This document shows, one piece after another, positions 10,954 to 18,848 of a stretch of 64,000 bases of DNA; position 1 is the stretch's first letter; every line of letters begins with the position of its first letter. The DNA lies in contig JBBIVJ010000001.1 in NCBI GenBank assembly GCA_037439785.1, positions 97,207-161,206 of the forward strand, written 5' to 3'. Source of the DNA: Verrucomicrobiales bacterium (lineage in GTDB: Bacteria > Verrucomicrobiota > Verrucomicrobiia > Limisphaerales > J093). Made by a program: the position numbers and the translations under genes. The notes below the pieces were generated by a model. That model was not told the origin of the DNA and ran no database searches. It was given only the letters and a program-made list of their open reading frames with translations.

Positions 10954-11141
10954 CCTTCTGGCTTCTGACTTCTGGCTTCTGACCTGACTTTGCCCTTCGA
11001 CCTTCTGTTTGTGCTGCAGGCCTCCGGCCTGAACGTCATGCATCCGGGACGGCTCCACCACCACTCTCCGGCCTCCGGCGCTTCCTCCGTTCCTGAGTTC
11101 CCAATTATCCTCCCTCGACCTTCGACCTTCGGACTTCGACC
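10954..11141 (+). repeat. intergenic modular repeat: heptanucleotide arrays plus hairpin
   Basis: CTTCTGG/CTTCTGA units at 10954-11007. Hairpin ctgcaggcctccggcctg at 11014-11031. Array cctcgac-cttcgac-cttcgga-cttcgac at 11113-11141. The 3' part aligns with the elements at 54.9 kb and 60.7 kb. Confidence 0.8.
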
Positions 11142-11211
11142 GGCCTGCCGCCACGCGCGGGCTTTGGGCTTGGCCGGAGCCGGCACGCCGCCAAGACTCC
11201 CGTCCATACAC

Positions 11212-11760
11212 CTCCGGTGCTTTCTCCTCGGGGCTGCCCTCCTGTCCGGGGCCGCGGTTGTCGAGGCGGATTACGAGTTGGGGCCGGATTCGCTGGCGCG
11301 GGCGCCCGGCGTGCCGGCCGGCCGGATCGAGGCCTTCCACTTCAACAGCTCGCGCATCTTCCCCGAGACCGGCCGCGACGGCTGGGTGTACATCCCGGCA
11401 CAGTACCGGGCCGGGGAGCCGGCGGCCCTGATGGTCTTTCAGGATGGCCACGCCCACGTCTCGACCAACGGCCAGATGCGCGTGCCGATCGTGTTCGACA
11501 ACCTCATCGCCCGCGGCGAAATGCCCGTGACGGTGGGGGTGTTCCTCAACCCCGGCCACCGCGGGCCGGGTGTACGTGACCTCGAGGGCGGGCATCCACG
11601 TGTTTGATGCCCGGGGCCGGTTCAGCGGCCTGATCCGGTCACCGGCAGGGGCCGGCACGCCGGTCAGTTGCGCCCTGGCCGGACCGGACCGGGTCTGGCT
11701 GTATGTCTGCTGCGGTGAGGGGGTGTTCCGACGCCGCACTCTCGCCAGCGGTGTGGTCCC
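11212..11760 (+). pseudogene. remnant of an esterase / SMP-30-gluconolactonase-type secreted protein (internal deletion plus frame change)
   Basis: Frame 1 carries a signal-like LRCFLLGAALLSGAAVVEA with no in-frame start nearby. It continues with an esterase-like N-terminus (GWVYIPAQYRAGEPAALMVFQDGHAH...VTVGVFLNPGH) and stops after about 110 aa of that domain. From about 11565 a different frame reads VYVTSRAGIHVFDARGRFSGLI...PDRVWLYVCCGEGVFRRR, which looks like the last blades of an SMP-30/LRE propeller. Confidence 0.5.
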
Positions 11761-11843
11761 CGGAGACGTCGCGCCCGGCATTTCGGGATTGCCTTCGTCA
11801 CAGCAGCGGCCTACCGTGAGGGCGCTCTTTGACACGCGCCGGT

Positions 11844-12007
11844 CGAGTGACCGGCGGAACACGCTCCGGCGTCCGGGAACCCCGTGTGAATCGGGGACGG
11901 TTGCGCCACTGTGACGGGCTACAAGCTCCCCAGGCCACTGCGACAGCGGGAAGGCGGGAGCGAGGTTTGAAGCCCGCGAGTCAGGATACCGGCCGGGGCG
12001 TGCTCGT
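11844..12007 (+). promoter_or_regulatory. cobalamin (B12) riboswitch
   Basis: Contains GGGAACCCCGTGTGAATCGGGGACGGTTGCGCCACTGTGA (11875-11914), GCCACTGcgacaGCGGGAAGGC (11934-11955) and a B12-box-like GAGTCAGGATACCGGCC (11978-11994). All three match conserved blocks of the cobalamin riboswitch consensus in the correct order and spacing. A possible P1 pairs cgag/ccggc (11844-11855) with gccgg/ctcg (11991-12007). A strong hairpin follows at 12010-12035. Confidence 0.8.
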
Positions 12008-12250
12008 CGGATGCCGCCCCGGGTGGGGTGGCATCGCTTCTCCGCAAAGAGAAGGATGAGGCCAGTTCGCCGGGCCGGCCCTGCCGGCTCGGTGGAATTT
12101 CACGGGAACGCCTTCCTTCGTGATTTGCCGGAGGAAGGCGTTGGCGTTTACGGGACGGCCGTCCCCGCCTACGCCGGCCCCGGTCTGGTCTCGCCGCACA
12201 CTCCAACCCGGCGGGGTGCTCCTGCGCGCCCCGCCACGCCGAGATCAGAC

Positions 12251-12955
12251 ATGAACGCTGCCACATACCTCGTTCGTTCCCTGACCGCCGCGGGTGCGGT
12301 GGTCGCCCTTGTCCCCTCCCAGTCCGCCGCCTCCTTCGACGACATCGCGTTCTGGGCCGGCACCGGCGCCCACCGCGCCGCCCTGGTGATTGACTGGCAG
12401 GACGCGCAGGCCCCGCCATCCCTGCTCTGGGGCTTTCGTTGGGACGGCACCGCCACCGGCCTGGACATGCTCACCGCAGTGATCCAGGCCGACCCCCGCC
12501 TCTTCGGCCACCTGGGCCAGTTCGGCTGGGGCACGGCCGTCTTCGGCCTTGGCTACGACTTGAACGCCAACGGCGTGTTTGCCGTGGCCCCGCCCCTGGC
12601 CTTCGACAGCGGCGGGCTGGCCGTGGACACCAATCCCGATGATGCCCGCGCGGCGGTGGATGACGGCGACCACTGGCGCGAGGGCTGGAACACCGGCTTC
12701 TGGGCCTACTACCTGAAGGGCTCCAGCGGCGAGGCCTGGGAGTCGGCCATGACCGGCGCTGCCGACCGCGTCCTGAGTGACGGCGCGTGGGACGGCTACA
12801 GCTTCGCCGCCGGCTTCGTCAGCGCGGCGCCGGGCGAACCGATGCCGGCGGCCGTGCCCGAGCCGGGCACCCTGGCCTTGCTGGCCCTGGGCGCTCTGGC
12901 GCTGGCCCGGCACTGGAAAGCGTCAAGCCGCCGCGATACTTCTGGCGTTTCATGA
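12251..12955 (+). CDS. PEP-CTERM-anchored secreted protein of unknown function, first gene after the B12 riboswitch
   Basis: Start trimmed to the ATG at 12251, giving signal peptide MNAATYLVRSLTAAGAVVALVPSQSAA. The C-terminus is VPEPGTLALLALGALALARHWKASSRR (PEP motif, TM helix, basic tail). Confidence 0.8.
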   Translation: MNAATYLVRSLTAAGAVVALVPSQSAASFDDIAFWAGTGAHRAALVIDWQDAQAPPSLLWGFRWDGTATGLDMLTAVIQADPRLFGHLGQFGWGTAVFGLGYDLNANGVFAVAPPLAFDSGGLAVDTNPDDARAAVDDGDHWREGWNTGFWAYYLKGSSGEAWESAMTGAADRVLSDGAWDGYSFAAGFVSAAPGEPMPAAVPEPGTLALLALGALALARHWKASSRRDTSGVS

Positions 12956-14544
12956 TCCGGGGGACGTTCAGCCGACTTACCCGAATCGTCCTCCGCGCCC
13001 GCTCGCGGCCGGTCCGGCGCCGGTTCTCCCGGTCCGGCCCGGTCGCGGGCGGTGCACTGTTGCTGGGTGCGCTGGTCGCGGGGCGCGCGGCGGCCCAAAC
13101 GACGCCGCCGGCCGGCGCCGCGTTTGCCGCGGAACTCGTCGCCGCCCAAGGTCCGTTCGGGCCGGCGCCGTATGACGACCCCGCCGCCGTGCTGGGCCCG
13201 CCGGCAACGGAGTTTTTCGACCCGCTGGGCGCATGGTCCGGGGGCTCACCGGTTCGGCGCGTGAAACTGGTCGAGCCGGCCTACCATTTGGACCCCACCC
13301 GGACCCACCCGCTCCTGCTCACCTTGGAGGAGGGCGCGGAAGTGGTGGTGCGGCTGGACCGGGAGGTCCGCGACGAGCCGGCGCATCCCTTCGGCGTGGA
13401 CCTGCTGGTGTTCGGCAACGCCGCCTTCACCGCCGCCGGCATGGTGACGGACGCGACCGATCTCAACACGCTGCGCCTGAGCGGCGGCGGTTTTTACGAG
13501 CCGCTCCAGGTCTCGGTCAGCCCCGGCTACACCGGCCGGCCGGGCGAAGACCCGGACCGCTGGGAAACCTGGGCCTGGTACCGCTACGAAACCGGGCCGT
13601 TCGCCGACACGCCCTTCCCCACCCAGGCCCACGCGTGGGACGCCGACCGTGCGGCCTGGACCGACCGGCTCATGGACTTCACCAAGCCGGCGAACCCCGC
13701 GCTGGTGGCATGGTTTGCGCCGGGTGCGAGGCGGGCATTGACCGCGGCCGAGGCCATCGCGCTTTACGATGGCGCCGGCGGCGGTACGGGCTTTGACCTG
13801 CGCAAGTCCGGGTTCGCGGCGGTTCGCTACGTGAAAATCACCGGCCGTCCGGGCTTCAGCGGCGGCGAGGTGGACGCGGTGGCGGCGGTCCGACCACTGC
13901 GTGTGGGCGACAGCCTTACGCTCGTGCCGGAGAACGTGCAGAACGGGCCGTTCGAGCAGGTGTTTCTGGGGATCGAGCCCTCAACGGCGCCGGCCTTGAA
14001 GGTGACGTGTCACGCGGTGGACGCGGCATTGCGGGTTGTCACCCGACCGCTGCCCGCGAACGAACTCCCCCCCGGCCTGCCCGGCACGGTGCTTCAGGCC
14101 CTGGCCCTGGACGCTCAACCCCTTTTCGCGGAAGCGCCGGCTTCTTTCGCGGCCGACCTGACGTTGTTCCTCCCCGCGGACGACGCCGGTGATGGCGGGA
14201 ATTTGGGTCTGTGGCAGCGGACCAGCGAGGGCTGGGCGCCGGCGCCGTTTGCCCATGACCCCGGCCAACACGCGGTGCTGCTGCGTGGCCTCACCGCGTT
14301 GACGGACCTGGTGTTGGTGCAGGTGCGGCCGCCGGCACTGGAACCGTCTGTCTCGGGCGACGGCCCGGGCGTGCGCTTTACGCCCTGGCCGGGCTGGCGA
14401 CATGTGCTGGAACGCAGCGAAGACCTGCGCACCTGGCGGTCCGTGGCCGAGATGACGCCGTCGGAGGCCGCGCCGGTCCGCTTGAGCGATTCGGCGCCGC
14501 CGGCGGCGGGGGCCTTTTATCGGTTGCGAATCGAGCGGCCATGA
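12952..14544 (+). CDS. secreted hypothetical protein (530 aa)
   Basis: The ATG at 12952 overlaps the upstream stop (ATGA). The N-terminus is basic then hydrophobic (GGALLLGALVAGRAAAQ). No domain recognised. Ends in ...AAGAFYRLRIERP. Confidence 0.75.
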   Translation: MIRGTFSRLTRIVLRARSRPVRRRFSRSGPVAGGALLLGALVAGRAAAQTTPPAGAAFAAELVAAQGPFGPAPYDDPAAVLGPPATEFFDPLGAWSGGSPVRRVKLVEPAYHLDPTRTHPLLLTLEEGAEVVVRLDREVRDEPAHPFGVDLLVFGNAAFTAAGMVTDATDLNTLRLSGGGFYEPLQVSVSPGYTGRPGEDPDRWETWAWYRYETGPFADTPFPTQAHAWDADRAAWTDRLMDFTKPANPALVAWFAPGARRALTAAEAIALYDGAGGGTGFDLRKSGFAAVRYVKITGRPGFSGGEVDAVAAVRPLRVGDSLTLVPENVQNGPFEQVFLGIEPSTAPALKVTCHAVDAALRVVTRPLPANELPPGLPGTVLQALALDAQPLFAEAPASFAADLTLFLPADDAGDGGNLGLWQRTSEGWAPAPFAHDPGQHAVLLRGLTALTDLVLVQVRPPALEPSVSGDGPGVRFTPWPGWRHVLERSEDLRTWRSVAEMTPSEAAPVRLSDSAPPAAGAFYRLRIERP

Positions 14545-15314
14545 ACGCGAAGACCCGCGCGCACCGGGCATGTTGGGGGTGGCGAAGCCGGGGCTTCACG
14601 CTGGTCGAGTTGCTGGTGGTGGTGGCGGTGCTGGCGGTGCTGGTGGGCCTGCTGCTGCCGGCGCTGGCCCGCTCGAAAACCTCCGCCCGCAGCGTCGCCT
14701 GCCTGAATCACCTCCGCCAGATGGCCCTGGCGGCGCAGATGTACACGGATGCCCACCGGCAGTTCTTCCCGCCGGCCTACGCCCAGGCGGTCGAGGACGG
14801 CGTCACGGTGCTGCGGGCCTGGGATTTCACCACCCGGCCGGGACCGACGCCGCAGGTCACCGCCGGTCTGCTCTGGGAAGGCCTGCCGCCGCAGCAAATC
14901 CAGCAATGCCCGGCCTATCGCGGTCCGGCCAACTGGCTGGCCGATCCGCACACCGGCTACAACTACAACACCAGCTACCTCGGCCACGGCCAGCTCGAGA
15001 GCATCCCCGAACCGGCGCGCCTCTCCGACGTCAAGCAACCCGCCGCCACCGCCCTGTTCGGCGACGGTGAGTACGCCAGCGGCGCGAACAAATTCATGCG
15101 CGCCCCCTGGCCCAACCCCGGCGACGCCGGCTTCCGCGGCCGCTGGGCCGGGACGCAAGGGTACCGGCACGGGGGACGAAGCAACGTGGCGTTCTGCGAC
15201 GGCCACGCCGCGGCCTGGCGCGCGCGCTTCGCGGAGAATCAGGACGGCGCCGACCGCGTGGCGGACGGGACCGGTTTCCTGTCGGCGGACAACTCCCTGT
15301 ACGACCTGGATTGA
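14541..15314 (+). CDS. prepilin-type N-terminal cleavage/methylation protein, DUF1559 (HX9DG) family
   Basis: Contains GFTLVELLVVVAVLAVLVGLLLPALARSK and C-terminal HGGRSNVAFCDGH (H-X9-DG). The ATG overlaps the upstream stop (ATGA). Confidence 0.9.
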   Translation: MNAKTRAHRACWGWRSRGFTLVELLVVVAVLAVLVGLLLPALARSKTSARSVACLNHLRQMALAAQMYTDAHRQFFPPAYAQAVEDGVTVLRAWDFTTRPGPTPQVTAGLLWEGLPPQQIQQCPAYRGPANWLADPHTGYNYNTSYLGHGQLESIPEPARLSDVKQPAATALFGDGEYASGANKFMRAPWPNPGDAGFRGRWAGTQGYRHGGRSNVAFCDGHAAAWRARFAENQDGADRVADGTGFLSADNSLYDLD

Positions 15315-15347
15315 GCGGCCGCGTCCGACGCGCCGCCGGCGGGGCGC

Positions 15348-18300
15348 TCAGCGCAGGCGCATCCAGAAGCGGTAGAACCGGGTGGCGCCCGCGGGCCGTG
15401 GCAGTTCGACCTCGAACTCGTCGTTGCCCAGCGGGGTGGGGCCGATGCCGGTGGGGGCAAAGCCGCTGCTCAGGGTGTCCGCCGCCTCCACCACGAACTG
15501 GAAGTGGCCGGCGTAGGCGGCGGGGAACTTCCACTTCACGCCCAGCTTGCCGGCCGGTTTGAGCACCAGCTCGAGCGCCGGCGGCTGCAGCACCACCACG
15601 GGCCCGGTGCCCTTGATGGCTTTGTCATTGGGATCGGTGCCGTCGAGGAACTCCTGCAGGTTCGAGTAGCCGTCCCCGTCCTTGTCGCCGTGGGCGCCCT
15701 CGGCCAGGCCGCCGAAGAAGGCGCACTCGAAGTTGTCGGGCAGCAGGTCGCCGTCCGCGTCCACGACCGGGAGGGCGGGGATGGCGAGCACAATGGCGGA
15801 GAGGACTTCAAGGCCGCGGTCGGCGCAGTCGCCGGCGTCCCCATCGGCGTAGCCCACGACCTGGATCGTCGTGCCCGGCACCAGCTCGAAGTCGGGGAAG
15901 AGGTAGTTGCCCCCCTCGGCGAACCAGAGGCTCCAGGTCTGGGTACCATCGCTGAGCACCGTGCAGCCCTCGGGCATGGGATCGGGCAGGACGGTCAGGT
16001 GGAGCGTCACCTTGGGCCGGCTGAAATCGAGAGCCATCAACTCGGCGACGGCGTTCGCGGCGGCGAGGCGCTGCGCGGGGGTGAGCGTGGTGGCGGCCAG
16101 GTAATTCGAGTGCAGGGTGCCGGCGAACAGGAAATGGCGGAGCACTTCCACCGGCAGGGGGTACTGGCCGGGCGCGGCGTTGTTCGAGAGGCTGCTGATG
16201 CGGTACACGTCATCGGCAAGGGCGCGCAAGGCGGCGACGTTGGCGCCAGCGCCACCCACCGCGGCCAGCAGGCCCTGATGCACCGCGACCAGGCGGTGGG
16301 CCGGCTGGCCGGCCTGCTCCCGCTCGAGGGCGAGCAGGGCCGCACTGCCGGGGAAGTGCCGGTCCACATCGCCCGGTCGGGCGGGGAACAGGGTAAGCTG
16401 GTTGGTGGGCGGCAGGCCGCGCGCCTGCAGCAGCAGCTCGAACTTCCGCTCGGTGAGCAGGGCCACCAGCGTGTCCAACGGGCCGGGGGCGGTGATGACG
16501 CGGGTGCGCGGGCGGGCGGCGGCGGCGGCCTGGGAGGCGGCCCGCCAGGCGGCGGCCTGGGAGGCGGGCGTGCCCGGGCCGGGCGTGAAGTTCACCTCCA
16601 GTCCGGCGTCCTGCGAGGGGATGGGCTCAAGGGCGAGCAGTTCGCGGCCGAGGTTCTGGTCCGCCGCCGCGGTCTGGATGGGGAAGTGGGGATCGGTGGC
16701 CAGGGCCAGCAGGCGCTGGCGGTCGTCCACGCCGAGGTTGCGAAGGCGGGCGGCGGGGTTGAGCACGCCGGGCACGCCCAGGTTGGCGGTGAGGGCGGAG
16801 CCGAGGAGGTCGCCGGCCAGGTTGAAGGCGCGCACGGTCACCCCGGTGCGGGCCAGGGCCGGGCCGGGCACGGTACCGTCCAGCGGGCGCGGGGTAACGT
16901 ACAGGTCGAAGCCCGAGCCATCGTCCAGGCGCGGGCCGGCCGGGTGGCTGGCGGCGGCGTAGGGGTTGGAGCCGGCCACCAGTTCCTCGAGGTCATTGAA
17001 ACCGTCGCCGTCGGCGTCCTTGCCGCTGCTGACCGGGTCGAGTCCGGCCCCCAGCTCGAGGTAGTCGGGTGTGCCGTTGTTGTTGGCGTCCAGACCCACC
17101 TCGACGAAGTCCGGCACGCCGTCGTGGTCCGAGTCCAGTGTCCATTGGTCGGCCGGGAAGGTGTAGGTGGCGTGGCGGACGGGAGACTTGCGGGTGCTGC
17201 CGCCACCCTGCTGGGCGAAGTAGCTGACGGTGGTGTCGAAATAGACCGGGAAGGGCGCGGTGTAGGTGGACCAGGCGGCCACGGGGTTGGTGCGGTAAAA
17301 GATCGTGGCCCCGGCGAGCGAGGCGGTGAGGGTGATCTGGACCGCGGCGGGTTGCGGGCCGGGTGGCGGGCTGATGGTTACGTCGGCCACTTCATCGCCG
17401 CTGGGGGGCAGGAAGCTGAAGACCGAGATGGCCTCGTGGTACTGGTTGGCCAGACCGAAGGCCGCCGGCGGGGTGACGCGGGCCACGGTGCGGGGGGTGG
17501 GATTGCGCAGGCCCTGGGTGGTGCCCTGGAAGGTCTCCACCCGCACAGAGATTTGCGGCGGCGCCCCGCTGATCTGCGGCTGGGAGGTCCAATCCCCCGC
17601 CGCCAGCCGCTGCACCAGATTCGGCGCGGGCGCGACAAACGGCTCGAACTGGAACAGGAAGACGTTCGCCCCGCCGGCATGGCGGTTGAGCGTGTCCAGC
17701 GCGCCGCTCTCGGCCAGGGTGTACGGTCCGCTGCCCGCGCTGGTGTACCGGTGGAAACGCGCCGGGCGCCCCTCCGGACCGGAGAAGGCCACGAAGCCGT
17801 CCGCCGTGGCCACGGCGCCGCCGAAGCGTTCGCCCGCCGGCGCGGCCAGGGCCTGGAAGAGCGTGGGCGCGCTCGCGCCGTCGAAGTTCAGGATCACCGC
17901 CGTGGCGCCGCCGTGGCGCAGGGCCAGCAGCCGCCCGCCGCTGGCGGTGGGGATCACGAACAGCGCCTCGGCGTTGAAGCCCAGCGGGAAGGTCGAGCCG
18001 CCGCTCAGATTGAAGGAGCCCGGGGTGGGCTCGGCAACACGGCGATGGTGGATGCTGGCGGACCCCGCCGTGTGAAAGACGAAGTCGAAAAGGGCCGAGG
18101 CGGAGAAGCGGTGATTCAGCACCTGCGCGACATCGGGCACCCCGGCGATGGTGGCGACGTTGACCGGTGCTCCGGTGGCGAGGCTGACCAGGCGGAACTC
18201 ATCGCCCGCGCCGGCCGTGGCGACCAGGAGGCCGAGCACGTCGGCCACGCCGGTCATGAGCTGCGCGGGCTGGGCGCGCAGGACTTCGGCGGCCTCGGCG

Positions 18301-18848
18301 GCCTCGCCCAGGATGGAAAAGGCCGCGCCGGTCGAGCGCACCAGGGCGCGGCGGCGCGGGGCGGGCGGGTTGTTCAGGGCGGTGAGGATGTAGAGGTCGT
18401 GGTGGGCGGTGTTGCCGGCGCCGCCGATGTCCAGGGCCGCGACGTGGGCCGGGCCGATGCCGCCCATGTACACCTCGCGCGGCACGCCGTTGACCAGCGG
18501 ATCGTCGCAGGGGATGACCAGCACGCGGTTGGCGTCCGGACCGGCCAGCACCAGCGCGTCGCGCGCGGTGTCCAGCACCCGGCCGGCACTGACGCCGGTG
18601 ACACCGGTGACGCCCCCCGGTCGGGAAGCGGTCCATTGATGGCCGCCGCCCGCCTGGCCGTAGCCGATGAGGTAGGCGCCGGATTCGAGGTCCACCACGG
18701 CGGCGTCGGGCCGGCCGTCGCCGTTGAAGTCGGCGCTCAAGTAGGCGGAACCGGCGGAGAGAACCGGGTAAGCGGGTTGCGCGAGCAGCGCCGGCGACGC
18801 CAGCACGGCGGCGATCATCACCGTGGACAGGAAACGCAGCGTTCTCAT
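15348..18848 (-). CDS. giant secreted protein C (1166 aa): FG-GAP/VCBS-like, chitobiase-C-like and thrombospondin-type-3 Ca-binding repeats
   Basis: Start trimmed to the ATG at 18848 (MRTLRFLSTVMIAAVLASPALLAQP), which overlaps the stop of the upstream gene (ATGA at 18848-18845). Motifs are DFNGDGRPDAAVVD, ATIFYRTNPVAAWSTYTAPF, DSDHDGVPDFVE..DADGDGFNDLEE and DKDGDGYSNLQEFLDGTDPND. Ends in ...ATRFYRFWMRLR. Confidence 0.85.
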   Translation of the reverse strand: MRTLRFLSTVMIAAVLASPALLAQPAYPVLSAGSAYLSADFNGDGRPDAAVVDLESGAYLIGYGQAGGGHQWTASRPGGVTGVTGVSAGRVLDTARDALVLAGPDANRVLVIPCDDPLVNGVPREVYMGGIGPAHVAALDIGGAGNTAHHDLYILTALNNPPAPRRRALVRSTGAAFSILGEAAEAAEVLRAQPAQLMTGVADVLGLLVATAGAGDEFRLVSLATGAPVNVATIAGVPDVAQVLNHRFSASALFDFVFHTAGSASIHHRRVAEPTPGSFNLSGGSTFPLGFNAEALFVIPTASGGRLLALRHGGATAVILNFDGASAPTLFQALAAPAGERFGGAVATADGFVAFSGPEGRPARFHRYTSAGSGPYTLAESGALDTLNRHAGGANVFLFQFEPFVAPAPNLVQRLAAGDWTSQPQISGAPPQISVRVETFQGTTQGLRNPTPRTVARVTPPAAFGLANQYHEAISVFSFLPPSGDEVADVTISPPPGPQPAAVQITLTASLAGATIFYRTNPVAAWSTYTAPFPVYFDTTVSYFAQQGGGSTRKSPVRHATYTFPADQWTLDSDHDGVPDFVEVGLDANNNGTPDYLELGAGLDPVSSGKDADGDGFNDLEELVAGSNPYAAASHPAGPRLDDGSGFDLYVTPRPLDGTVPGPALARTGVTVRAFNLAGDLLGSALTANLGVPGVLNPAARLRNLGVDDRQRLLALATDPHFPIQTAAADQNLGRELLALEPIPSQDAGLEVNFTPGPGTPASQAAAWRAASQAAAAARPRTRVITAPGPLDTLVALLTERKFELLLQARGLPPTNQLTLFPARPGDVDRHFPGSAALLALEREQAGQPAHRLVAVHQGLLAAVGGAGANVAALRALADDVYRISSLSNNAAPGQYPLPVEVLRHFLFAGTLHSNYLAATTLTPAQRLAAANAVAELMALDFSRPKVTLHLTVLPDPMPEGCTVLSDGTQTWSLWFAEGGNYLFPDFELVPGTTIQVVGYADGDAGDCADRGLEVLSAIVLAIPALPVVDADGDLLPDNFECAFFGGLAEGAHGDKDGDGYSNLQEFLDGTDPNDKAIKGTGPVVVLQPPALELVLKPAGKLGVKWKFPAAYAGHFQFVVEAADTLSSGFAPTGIGPTPLGNDEFEVELPRPAGATRFYRFWMRLR

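Noticed and set aside
10954-11141. Heptanucleotide arrays as a possible CRISPR-like or coding repeat
   Set aside because: The period is 7 nt with no spacers, only 4-5 units, and no cas genes. The period is not divisible by 3. Treated instead as intergenic micro-arrays.
12011-12250. ATG at 12011 as the start of the riboswitch-controlled gene
   Set aside because: It would put 80 non-hydrophobic residues ahead of a textbook signal peptide and lies inside a stable hairpin. The ATG at 12251 gives a proper N-terminal signal peptide. This remains to be tested (see finding).
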